This document shows positions 13,155 to 25,633 of a stretch of DNA of 64,000 nt, piece after piece. The first letter of the stretch is position 1; each line of letters begins with the position of its first letter. The stretch comes from Octopus sinensis. Its lineage: Eukaryota. The notes under the pieces were generated by a model. It was not told the origin of the DNA, made no database searches, and worked only from the letters and a program-made list of their open reading frames with translations. The stretch lies in assembly GCF_006345805.1 (NCBI RefSeq), contig NC_042997.1, positions 46,314,001-46,378,000 on the forward strand, read 5' to 3'. Position numbers and translations under genes: made by a program.

Positions 13155-14529
13155 TAAGAAAGTTTGTTTGGTAAAGCACGTGGGTGAATATATAAGAAAA
13201 TAGTAAAGAGTGAAAAAACGACAGAAGGCTTAAATGTTAAAAAATATATATATTTGCGTCAAAATGTCTGGAGAATATTGGAAAAACATTTTTCCTTTCC
13301 TTAAAATGACATAATTTTATAATTTTTAAAGAAATACCGGTTTCGCAGTTAGCTCTTCAAATTTCTTGTGACTTAATGTTTATTTTTAATAACGTAATCC
13401 TTGTATTTTTGCTAAGGAGAGTTCTAAATAAGGGAAAGTAGTGAGTGATTTCTTCCGGTGCAAGGGAGATAATCGCTTAAAAAATTTTTTTTCCTTTAGT
13501 GTGAATTTCTCTGTATTATTGAGTTCGGATAGTTGAGTCTGGGTTTGTACTTTTCAATGAAGAATGTTTCCTTATTTAGTCTAATTTGTGATGATGATCC
13601 GAAAGCACATTGGTAAAATGGAAAGATTAAAAATTGAGGTTGTAGTTGCTTTGCGCATTTCTCAATGTGTTCACTAAAAGGTATCATTCTATATTCTGGG
13701 AATGCAATCTGTTGTCGATGCAGTGTGCATCTACGTCTGAGTGATATTCCCGTGGACCCCACGTAGTCTTGGTGGCAGCCCGAGCATTTAATGACATAAA
13801 TTATGTTTTCAGAGGCACAAGTAAAGTTAGATTTGATCTTGAATTTCTGTCCCTCTTTAAGGAAGAATTCTGATCCTTCCAATAGGTTAGGACATGTTGC
13901 ACAGTTCGATCTACCACATTTTTTACTTTTGCATCCGTAATTTTAGAAGACAATTTTGCCTTTGTGAGAATCTTTTTAAGTGATTTAGGCTGTTTGTAGC
14001 TTTTAATGATTTGGTGTATGTTTAGAATTTCCTTTAATTTGGGGTTTTTATGAAGTATTGGTAAATTCTGGGTGATGATGGTGAAAGCTTCTTTGTTTCT
14101 GGGGTTGTATGTAGATATGTAAGGTAGTATTTTCGGGGAAGGTGTCTTGTTGTGTTGAACTTTTCTTAAAGTTTCTATGTTGATTTATGTTGCACGTCTG
14201 ATCCCATCCTCTATGAGTTGAGTTGGGTAATGTCTGTCAATTAGGGTGTTTTTGAGTTCTTGCAGTCTGAAGTTCCTGGTATTTTGTTCTGACACTATTG
14301 TGCATATCCTTCTTGCAAGGTTGAAGGGGATGTTTGTTTTAGTGTGTCTTGGGTGGCATGAACTAAAAAGAAGGTATTGTTTGGCGTATGTGGTTTTGTA
14401 GAAAATGTCTGTTTCTATTTTAAGGTTAATTTTTTTAATTAGTATATCCAAGAACGGGAGTTCCTTTTGGTTGTATTCCATTGTGAACTGTATATTCGGG
14501 TTTATGCTGTTCAATAGGTTTTTAAATTT
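13153..14529 (-). mobile_element. 5'-truncated Penelope-like retroelement: RT C-terminus + GIY-YIG endonuclease + 3' terminal region (disrupted)
   Basis: ORF 14185-14514 NSINPNIQFTME...LPFLDI...TDIFYK...YLLFSSCHPRHTK.NIPFNLARRI is the PLE RT thumb region. ORF 13496-13882 FTCASENIIYVIKCSGCHQDYVGSTG..LRRR..LH is GIY-YIG. (TA)n flanks. Confidence 0.9.
13329..13367 (-). ncRNA. Variant minimal hammerhead motif in PLE 3' terminus
   Basis: Minus strand: AAGAAA-T-TTGAAGA-GC-taact-GC-GAAA-CCGG-T-A-TTTCTT. C3 is substituted and stem II is only 2 bp. Confidence 0.4.
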
Positions 14530-14545
14530 ATATATATATATATAT

Positions 14546-15425
14546 CAGTTTGGTAAGTCCTTGGAGATTTTGATCATATCAATTTATTAACAATTAAAAA
14601 ACAACAAAGAACGGTCAATCGAAAAGGTTATCGCCCTCCTTATTGATCACATATTGCCATGTTTCAGGCAAAGCCCTGAATCCTTTCATCTAGAAATCGC
14701 GTGGCTTTGAATCAATAAAATCGTAAAGGAACGATTTCACACCTTCGTTTTCAAACTCTGTATCGCCAATCGTGCGTTGCAAGGCAGAGAATATGTGGCA
14801 GTCAGAAGGGGCAAGGTCAGGAGACTACGGTGGGTGCACCATAATCTCCAAGCTCGCCTCCTTCAGCTTCTCTGACGTCTTCTTTGCGCGATGTGCTGGC
14901 GCGTTGTATTGGTGGTAAGTTTTCTTCCTCAAATTTGAGCGTTTTTAGACCAGCGCATTCTTTAGACGGTCGATTTGTTCGCAGTAGAGATCCTTGTCAA
15001 TAGTGGTATTGCGTGGGAGAAGATCCAACATGATCGCACCACGGCAATCCACCAAACTTAGATCATAACATTCTTTTGCACAAGCAGTTCTTTCGGCGAA
15101 GATTTTAGCTGTTAACCTTTGCTACACCAGGAACGTCTGTACCTCACGTTGGTGTACAGGACCGACTTTTCATCCATAGTGATTACAAACTCCAACCAAT
15201 TGAATCTTCGGCTTCGCCAGAGCAGACTTTGACATGTAGTGACACGTGCTTGTTTGTTCGCGTCAATCAATTCAAGTGGCACCTATTTTCCAACCACGCT
15301 GAGCTGGCCAAGACAATGCAGGTAGTTGATGAACGTGAAATGGGAGACGCCAGACTGTACCACCAGTTGACGTGCAGTTTGCATAGGATCGGTTTCAATG
15401 ACCTATCCCGACCTTTTTTACTAAT
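14546..15425 (-). pseudogene. Mariner transposase relic (catalytic-domain half)
   Basis: Minus-strand peptides VITMDEKSVLY, HQYNAPAH, HPP*SPDLAPSDCHIF and ALPETWQYVI match mariner D,D34D motifs; stops and frameshifts present. Confidence 0.85.
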
Positions 15426-15491
15426 GAAATATATATAGAAATACTAAATTTCTAAATCTCTCGTAGAGACATGTACGGTGGTGGGGCGATA

Positions 15492-16034
15492 GAATGGTTG
15501 TATACTGTCAATCTAACACGAACGTGACAGTAGGGGGGTATACCACCGCTGTTTAACCCTAGGAAGCATCGACGCCTCCTGATGGCTTTGACACATTTTT
15601 CCTGTGTCCTTATATACATTTACAAAGGGAAGACAAATACCCCCAGCCGCCCGGGCTGCATCTAGGGACACGTGTTTCAGGATGATTGTCCTTCGTCGGC
15701 CTAGACTAGCAGACACCGGTCAGTTGGTGATATTTGCCTCGACTCGCAATGTATATATCTAAATTTCAGTGAAGTCTATTCACTGATTATCAAAATCAGA
15801 AATACTAAATTTCTAAATCTCTCTAGGCCGACGAAGGATAATCATCCTGAAACGCGTGTCCCTAGATGCAGCCCGGGCGGCTGGGGGTATTTGTCTCCCC
15901 TTCGTAAATATACATAAGGACATAGGAAAAATGTGTCAAAGCCATCAGGAGGCGTCGATGCTTCCTAGGGCTAAACAGCGGTGGTGTACCCCCTACTGTC
16001 ACGTTCGTGTTAGATTGACAGTATACAACCATTC
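15492..16034. repeat. Inverted repeat of ~213-bp arms, each with a variant hammerhead (PLE pseudo-LTR-like)
   Basis: Arms 15492-15705 and 15822-16034, 116-bp spacer. HHR variants at 15662-15704 (-) and 15823-15865 (+). Confidence 0.85.
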
Positions 16035-16035
16035 G

Positions 16036-16072
<37 letters not shown>

Positions 16073-16075
16073 GTA

Positions 16076-16166
16076 ACAATTATTCGGTTGCCAGACGAGA
16101 TGCCAGAGCAGTTTTCCGCCCCGACATCCGAAACTCGGAATCTTATTATGGCAACCGAATAATTGT
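16076..16166. mobile_element. Tiny MITE-like inverted repeat
   Basis: Perfect 18-bp IR ACAATTATTCGGTTGCCA / TGGCAACCGAATAATTGT around a 55-bp core. Confidence 0.5.
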
Positions 16167-16272
16167 CATATATTACGGGCAAATGGTGTAGTGGGTAAGA
16201 GCTTGGGCTTCTAACCCAAGATTCCGAGTTTGATTCCAGGCAGTGACCTGGGTAATAATAATGATAATAATA

Positions 16273-16344
<72 letters not shown>

Positions 16345-16352
16345 TAATAATA

Positions 16353-17779
16353 AGATATTTAGGAATCTATGAACTAGATATGATACAAAACACACAAATG
16401 AAAGAGAATATAAAGAAAGAATACTATAGACGAGTTAGATCAATACTAAAAACAGAGCTCAATGCTAAAAGCAAGATAATAGGTATTAACACTTTAGCCG
16501 TTCCAGTTATAAGTTACAGCTACAATATCCTTAACTGGACACTAAATGAACTGACCAAAATAGATAGGAAAACAAGAAAAATAATGACAGGATCTAGGAT
16601 GCATCACCCAAAATCTGACATAGAAAGGCTATATATACAACGTATAGATGGTGGTAGAGGCCTTATACAGCTGGAAAACTACTATAAAATAACCACTAAA
16701 GGACTGCAAAAATACCTACTTCAGAAGCAGGGAAAAACTGATACAATTAGCCGCAAAACACGAGCAAAACAAAAACTGTTCTCAGTATTTAAGGAAGCTG
16801 ACAAATACAAGCAAGAAATCACACTACCTAACAAATATGAAGAAGAAGAAACAACAAAAGCTATAAAACAAATGAAATCCAAACTAAAAGTAGAGCAGCA
16901 ACGGATCATGTAAAACGATGGCAAGAAAAGCCCCTTCATGGCAAATACTGGACTAAACTTAATGCAAAAGAAACAGACAGAGAAAAATCCCAGCAATGGT
17001 TGAGAAGCTGAGGACTCAAAGCAGAGACGGAGGGATTTTTAATTGCAGCACAAGACCAAAGCCTCCCCACCAGAAATTACAAAAAACATATAATGAAAAG
17101 AAACGTAACAAGTAACTGCAGAATATGTGGAGATGGACATGAAACAATAAATCATATTATCTCTGGCTGCACAGTCCTGGCTAGGAAGGAGTATATTCAC
17201 AAACACGACAGAGTTGGGACCTACATACGCTGGAAGATATGCCAATATTGTGGAATAACAACAGAAAAAGATGGTACAGGCACACACCACAAAAGGTCAC
17301 AGAAAACGAGAAAGCAACCATACTCTGGGATATACCAATACATACAGATAGAGAAATTATAGCCAATAGCTCAGATATAATTATCAGACATCATGAAGAA
17401 AAAAATGCTTTCTAATTGATGTATCAATACCAGCAGATGACGACGTTTCTCTAAAAGAAATGGAGAAACTTTCAAAGTACAAATACCTGGAAATAGAGGT
17501 AACTCAAAGGTGGAATCTAAAAACAGAAACAATTCCTATTATAGTAGGCGCATTAGGTATGATAAAAAATTATTCAGACAAATATATAACAAAAATTTCA
17601 GGAGTTACAAATATATATAACATACAGAAAATTGCACTATTGGGCACTGCACGCATCCTACGCAAAACACTTTCAATACAGTATCCATCAGAGCATCACA
17701 ACAAACCACAGCACATATCCAAGGCACACAGAGCTGCGCTCGGTAGTGAAGTGAAAGCACGCTATAAAAATAAAACTAT

Positions 17780-17781
<2 letters not shown>
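16353..17781 (+). mobile_element. Dong/R4-clade non-LTR retrotransposon, 5'-truncated 3' part (RT C-terminus, CCHC, restriction-like endonuclease), frameshifted
   Basis: RYLGI...KEYYRRVRSIL..ELN...DRKTRK...HPKSDIERLY..R.DGGRGL; CRICGDGHETINHIISGC; KEMEKLSKYKYLEIEV. (AAT)n on both sides. Confidence 0.88.
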
Positions 17782-17840
<59 letters not shown>

Positions 17841-17915
17841 TGATGATGATGAAGATGATGATGATGATAATAACAACAACAACAACAACAAAATACCTTA
17901 GGAATGAGAACCCAG

Positions 17916-17959
17916 ACACCTGATGAAGGCTGGAGGGTATATCAGCCGAAACGTTGTGT
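17916..17959 (+). ncRNA. Minimal type I hammerhead motif
   Basis: ACAC-CTGATGA-A-GGCTG-gagggtatat-CAGCC-GAAA-CG-T-T-GTGT. Loopless palindromic stem III (ACGT) implies dimer-dependent folding. Confidence 0.75.
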
Positions 17960-18111
17960 TAACAATGAACAAGATGAGGACAAAGATCCGTCTAATGTAA
18001 ATAATGTCACATATTATATTAGATAAATTCCTCTTTTTACATAATATCAAGGTCTCATTCATTCTTTTGTTGTCTTTCCACTACTGTTTATATATATATA
18101 CATATATATAT

Positions 18112-18465
18112 CACCGGCTCCAACCAGCATACTGTACGCATTAGGCACTCTTTTACGTGCACCTCGTCTGGCCTTATTTACTGCATTAAATGCAAGCTAT
18201 GCGGGATGCTGTATGTAGGACAGACGGGACGCCGGTTGTCCGACCGTTTCACTGAACATTTGAGGGACGTTCGCCTACACTCTTTTTCTCCCGTCGCACG
18301 CCACTTCCGCTCGGCCGGGTTCCCTAGAAGACATCTCAGTGTTTGTCTCGCCCCCCACAATGGTCGCCCACTTTCCAGGCTCCACTTGGAGCAACGCTAC
18401 ATCTTCACCCTACAAACTACTACCCCACACGGACTTAACACAGCCCCTCCTCTTGAGATCCGCTT
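18112..18465 (+). mobile_element. Penelope-like GIY-YIG endonuclease fragment
   Basis: HSFTCTSSGLIYCIKCKLCGMLYVGQTGRRLSDRFTEHLRD...RLHLEQRYIFTLQTTTPHGLN. Confidence 0.88.
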
Positions 18466-18479
18466 CTTTTTTTTTTTTT

Positions 18480-21170
18480 TTTGTTTCCTGGATACACCAC
18501 CCACACACACACACCTACCTACCTGTCCCACACGCCTGTTCACACACACCCATACGTAGACCCATCTATGTACATACATTCACACATTTAATCACACACA
18601 CTTATAGACATACATGCACACACTAACATACAAACCAACATGCACATACACACACACAATACATACTTAAACACACACACACACACACACAGACATACAT
18701 ACACACATACATACACACATACATACACACATACATACACACCACTCACACCCACGCACGTACATACTTCACACACACACATGCACACATACATGTAGGC
18801 ACACACATACATACATACCCACACATGCACACCCTTACACTGTATGCACACACACATACACCTTTTTGCATCCAGGCAGCCCCCCCTCTTTTCTGCTTTC
18901 CGGTTTTGGCTGATGGATCCTCGGTTCCCGCGGAGCGGGGCGTTCGAGGGCCTTTGCGCTCGCGCGCCTTGGCGCGCGCTGGGGGCTTGGTCGGCCCCAC
19001 GGGCTTGCGTTGTATTGCTTCTGCGTTGTGTGCGTGAGCGCGCTTCGTGTGTGTGGGCTTGCTTCGGATGTGCGCGTGCGTATGTATGCATACATACCCC
19101 ACCTCGCATGCATCCCTACCCACATACATACACGTACACCTACTCACACACACACATACACACACACACACATACCCGCACACACACACACACACATACA
19201 TACATACACACACATACCTACTTCAGACATACATACACACACACAGACATACACCCATACACTCACACTCACACGCATACACACACACACATACACACGC
19301 ACACGTACGCATACACACACACACACACACCTACATACATACATTACACTTGTACACACACACACTTACATCATACACACACACACTACATAGCCAACCC
19401 ACTCAGACACACACACCTACCTACACACACACACAAACACACACAGACACACACCCATACATACATACATCACACACACACCCTACACACATCATACAAC
19501 ACATACATAACACACACACATACACATACACACACATACGCACACACACATATACTTATACACATGCACACACACACACATACATACATACACCCATACA
19601 CATACACACACACACATACCTACATACTCCTATACGCACATACATAGACACAGACATACACACACACACTCACACAACATACACACACACATACTTACAC
19701 ACACACTCGCCTGCACGCGCACACACATGCATGACAAACACCCATACACTCACACTCACATACGCACACACCCACATAAACACGCACACGCACACACACA
19801 CACCTACACTCCCACACACATACATACGCACCTACATACACACACGCACGCATACACACAACACACGCCACACACACGCATCACACATACATTACACACG
19901 TACACACACACCTACATACACATGCATACACACACACACAAACATGCACGGACACACCCAGACATACATACATACACCTATATACACACGCCCACACACC
20001 TACATACACACACATACATACACACACATACACGGACACACCCATACATACTTACATACATACACCTATACACACACGCCTACACACCTACATACACACA
20101 CATGCATACACACACACACATGTACGCACATACACACACATATACGCACATACATATATACCCACACACATGCACACACACACACACGCACATGCATGCA
20201 TGCATGCACACGCGCACACCTACACGCATACACCACACACACCGCACGTACACATACATACATACACACACATATACATACACCCATACACATACATGCA
20301 TCCTACACACACATACATACACACTCACACATATATACACACACACACACTCACTCACCACCCTGTATGTACGCGCACACACATGCACATACACACACTT
20401 CCACACACCACACGTACATACATACACACTCATACACATACACACACACACACACACACGGACATACATCTATGCACACACATATACACACATACTCACA
20501 AACATTCATCGGACACACTGACACCCAGACATACACACAGACACACTCACACATCCACACACATACATACTTACGCGCATACTCGCAGGCGCGCGCACAC
20601 ACGCGCTTGCGCTGGTTCGCGCACGCATACGCGCTGCATGCACCTCGCTCTTGGACCCGACGAGACCTCCCGCTCGTTCCTGGGACCGTCGCTTGTCGTT
20701 GGATTCCCCACGCCCGTCTCCGCGGACCACTCTTCCATCTTCCCCTCAGCTGGAGTCCTTTTTCCTTAACCCCCCTTTTTTGTTACACACACGCGCACAC
20801 ATATACACACCCACTCACACACACACACCATTGCTTAAATATATACATTACTCTTACACACATTCAATCTACTCGCCATTAATACTACCACGACACTGGA
20901 CACACACACACACTACTACTCAACACACACGCTGGCACGCTATATACGCCCCCCACCCCTTCCCCTCCCTCCCTTCCTCCTTCCTTCATTTTCTTACTAC
21001 TGACCACTGTCTGCTATGCCTACTACTGTCTCGGGTCTCGCCCTACCTCACATCACAACGCCTACACACAGACGCACACACTAACACATACATATATTTT
21101 TTGTTTTTTTATCTCGCCTCACACACACATACACACACGCACACGCACACACTCACACATACACACACAT
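18480..21170. repeat. ~2.7-kb cryptic (CA/CATA)n tract with two GC-rich islands
   Basis: Directly visible; islands at ~18860-19085 and ~20580-20790. Confidence 0.85.
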
Positions 21171-21342
21171 CTGTTGCGTTACCAACCTGTCTCCACTCTT
21201 TTGGCTTTAAAAACCTACTTTGCTCTTGTTATCGTAAACTTCCGCCTTTCACCATGTGTACTTCGTAAACACCAGTCGTTTTTTTTCTCCATCTCCTGTT
21301 GCCCGCTTTGGGATCTTTCTTTCCTCTCTCTTCCTTCTTTAT

Positions 21343-21377
21343 GTTTCCGACGAAGAGCTCCGCTCGAAACGTCATAC
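21343..21377 (+). ncRNA. Variant minimal hammerhead motif (U4C)
   Basis: GTTT-CCGACGA-A-GAGC-tcc-GCTC-GAAA-CG-T-C-ATAC. Same repeat family as 32348-32382 and 33131-33165. Confidence 0.5.
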
Positions 21378-21844
21378 CTTCCTGCTTCCATATTTCCTGA
21401 GCGCCTATTATAATAATACTGTAATTGTTCCACTGTTGTTGTTTTTTTGTTTTTCCCCGTTTGGATTAAAATTTATATATATATATAATATATATAATAT
21501 ATTATATATATATATATTATATATATATAATAATATATATATATATATATACATATACATACATACACACATACATCTACACATGTATGCATATATGGAC
21601 TCGTAAAAGTATTGATAGTTGATGTCTAAATTTCAATGACAAATTCTTTGGAACCGGCATTTACCTTACAATATCGATAGCAAAATTGGGAATGGATCGA
21701 AAATTGGAAGATATACCTAAATAGATAGAAACACAAAGATAAGTAAGATAGTGTCTGATGCATTACATATGAATACCTATATACATACGTGCACACACAC
21801 ATATATATTGTACATATATATATATATATATATGGATATATATT

Positions 21845-21884
<40 letters not shown>

Positions 21885-21907
21885 ATATATAATATATATA
21901 TATTATA

Positions 21908-21957
<50 letters not shown>

Positions 21958-23401
21958 GATATAGATATATGTGTGTGTGTGTGCATATGCAGTTATCACA
22001 CACACATAAATTTGTAAGTACGCTGATATTTTAAATAGTTATATCGTATTAATACAACCTAGACTTTATAATATTAGTGATGTATTTATTCACTAAGTGT
22101 GCATATAGTCTCAGCTGGGATTTGGTGCTATGATTTTATATCTATATGAATTGAGCTACACGATGTATGGTCTTAAATACATAATTTCTGGAAAATATGA
22201 AGAGCATGATGTTTCTGTGGTTATGCACACATGCTGGGTTGCTGTGGGACTTATTTCTGGGTGTTTTTCAGTGTTTACTGTTCGTGAATGGTTTATCAAC
22301 TCTCGGGACATTATGATATGGTTTATTAATACTGGAAAAGTGCTATGAAAATGGCCATGCGTTACAAATATACATATGTATAGGGAACAATATAAGAAAT
22401 ATAATGCGACATGAAAAGTAGCTGGATAGCAAAAGTTTAACACAGGAACATACATATACACTCGTCTCTTTATATCTACCCCAATATAATGCATATTTAG
22501 TTGAGCAAGCAGTTGTTATAACGACTTAATTACAGAAGAAGCAGTTATTGCTGCCTGACGTCTGTAACACTCTGGGAATGAGCGCTTAAAATCAATTCTA
22601 TTTATAGGCTATGTTCAGGGAAACTTCTCGAAGCGTCTGGAGAAATTATTACGATAAACCAGCCCCTTATTGGCTGACAACTCGACCTTACACATCAAAG
22701 GGTCGCGACTTGAAGTCCATTATTGTGACGACCCGGATTCGCCTGCTGGTACTGGTGAAAGACATTTTCTCATTTATCCATATAATATATAGCAAATGGT
22801 GAAATCATTTGTGTTTGATTTATAAATCGACCGTAAATGAACGACGAATAAGCGAGTCAGTTACATTATATATTTAACGAAATAGCGAAAAGTAATAGCA
22901 ATGTTGCAAATGTAGCAAAAATTATATTTACAGTTCTGTAATGGATAATATATTACATTGGGAGATTTAAATACAAGTCGGGAACTATAAAGAAGGATAG
23001 ACACATGAAACTAGGTAGTATAATTTTAATTCAACTGAATGAGGTATTTCATCATGGTTCAAAAGTAGTGGATGAGATGATTTTATATCTTTGTGATTTA
23101 AACAAACGGGAAGGCTAGTGTATACATGTATATATAAATATATATATATACACATACATGTGTGTGTATATTTTTACATATATGTACATACATGTGGGCG
23201 TCTAATTATATTTCACAGATATTATTAATTTTAGCAAAGTATCAATGGCATCAACAAATTCAAATGTCAATTTGATAAAAGCAATAAATTACTTAAATAT
23301 AATTATTCGCTCCACGGTTATCAAAATTACTTGTCTTGAGTCCTCTTTTGATTCTGGCTTCCTTGCACATTGAATTACATTTTCGATCGTATATATACAT
23401 T

Positions 23402-23454
<53 letters not shown>

Positions 23455-23540
23455 TATATATGTACAAAGAGAAAGAAAGTGAGAGGGAGAAGGAGAACTA
23501 TTTCTGCGCATGTACATTTATACAAGTGCGTATATAGTGT

Positions 23541-24335
23541 TCTGATCAATAAGTATCCGGACTGTTCCATAGTATCGAAGCTAAAGCACAAAGAATAAAG
23601 CTGCTGGGCATTGATTGACCTTGAACTCTGCTGCACGTGCGCACTAAGTTTTAACGATCTAGCTCTCTCCGCTCTTTACAGCAGTGCTTGGAATAATGTT
23701 TGCAGTATGTGTTCGTCGCATTGACCATGACAGAGAAAGTTGAGCAGAGAATCAGTATCCAATTTTGCCAAAAGCTTGACGACACCAGCTCCAAGGCCCA
23801 CGCGAACTTTTCAGAAAAGTTTCATCGTTCTCAACATAATCAAAAATATTTTGTGCAACTAAAACCCGAGTGTTGTTTCGATCACTGAAAGCAATTTTGA
23901 CACAACCTTGGCAGACACGCGTCTCATACCTACGTCTTCTGTGATAATGGACTGAACTGAACCGTAACTAATCTGTACATCTTCTAATAACTCACCGATG
24001 GTGATTCAACGATTTCTCCTAACACCAGTACCTACATCTGAACCACTCGTACACTTGTGTGCGGCTCGTACACTCAGATCTATACAATTTCTGTAACTTT
24101 GCGTAGGCCTCTCTGCAGGTATCGCCATGGCAACTTTCTCTGGCATGGTCAATACATCAATCACACGTTACACACGTTACTTAGAAGCACTGCTGTAAAC
24201 AGAAGAAGCAAGCTAGAACGGTAAAACTTAATGCACCGGCACAGTGGAGGTCAAGGTCAGTTTGTGCCAAGTGGTTATACTCTGCGTGCTTTAGCTTCGT
24301 TACTATGGTAATAGTCCGGATACTTATTGATCAGA
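23541..24335 (+). mobile_element. Internally deleted mariner element
   Basis: TIRs TCTGATCAATAAGTATCCGGACT...CCATAGTA / TACTATGG...AGTCCGGATACTTATTGATCAGA. N-terminal remnant MTEKVEQRISIQFCQKL. Confidence 0.8.
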
Positions 24336-24343
24336 CGGGCATC

Positions 24344-24375
<32 letters not shown>

Positions 24376-25602
24376 CATACATACATACATACATACATAC
24401 ATACATACATACATACATGCAAGCCTATGTATCTGTTTAGTTATGTATCTATCTACTTGTCTCTCTCTATCTGTCTGCTTTTTTCGCTAGCTAAACTATT
24501 TATCTTTCCATTTAACAAGCTGTCTACAAGTTTATTTCTTTGTATCTATCTTAAGATAGTAAACTTAGAAGTCTTTTTGACTTAGTAATGGGGCCATTCG
24601 TCCGTCCTATTGTACGTGACTTTATACACCTTTTCATATTCTGCCTGGTTGTTTACTAGGCTAGAAATAGCAGGGATAAACTGAATATAGTCTAAGACCT
24701 ATAGTATATCGAACAAACACACCGCCAAATTCTCCTCTGATATTTTTTCAAATTATGCCAATGTAGTGATCCCAAGCAACCCACACTCCGCCCAGATACA
24801 CAGACATTCACCTAGCCTCAGGGTAACTTGATATCACATTCATATTGCTGGGGATTGGGGTAAGTTAAAACCGATTTAAAATCAATCCGGGGGAGAATTG
24901 AAATTGATTTTATGCCACAATGATTTTAGTTTACCTGCTCAAATCACTACCCCAAATGTTCATCAATTTGATAGAAAATGATGTGCGTTTTCTCTCTCTC
25001 TCTCTCTCTCTCTCGCTCCCTCTCTTAGCTACACGATCGTAAATCGCAGAAAAAGAGATTCTAGCCTTCATTTACTAAAAATTTGAAAAAGGCAGATGTA
25101 AAGTGGATACATAACTTTTTGCATAATTATCGTGCATAGATATATTTTGTGTTGTAAGATTCCGATTACTGAAAAAAATTAAGTACTGCAGTAGTAAATC
25201 ATTTAATCTAAGTCAGTTTGTTATTAAAAATATAATTTTATTTAAAAATTTGCAAACTCAAATTTTCTGATGTTGAAAATCTTTTTTACTGTCATAAAAA
25301 TGAAAGAGGATGTGCAGGTTGGGGGGGGGGGCACCCTGAAAAACTTACTGTTGGTTCTAACGCATGATTATATAACTTATTTCTTTTCTGTCGACATTCA
25401 TTTTTATACATTTTATTATGAATAACCGATATAAAAACCAACTACAGATGTACAGAGATTGGGAATGATATTTCTTTACTCTCGTTCTTCATAAGAAATA
25501 CGATTACAGTAACAGTGAAGGTTTCAAAGAAAGGAACTTTCCACTGAAAATATATAATGGATAGAAAGAGAGAGGTACACACACACACACAGATAATCTC
25601 AC

Positions 25603-25633
<31 letters not shown>

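Larger units (their letters stand above)
16175..18007 (+). mobile_element. tRNA-head/(AAT)n/HHR composite repeat interrupted by a Dong-like LINE
   Basis: Head 16175-16253 and tail 17892-18007 match the uninterrupted copy at 61938-62193. Confidence 0.7.

Noticed and set aside
14655-14695. GATGA...GAAAC pattern on the minus strand
   Set aside because: It is mariner C-terminal coding sequence (ALPETWQ) and stem I does not form.
16175-16253. tRNA gene
   Set aside because: Only A/B-box-like remnants with no complete cloverleaf; it is a repeat head. The same holds for 44715, 46225, 61938 and 38756.
22609-22802. Exon-like segment after TTCTATTTATAG
   Set aside because: One frame has an internal stop, the other has no recognisable similarity, and no clear donor site was found.
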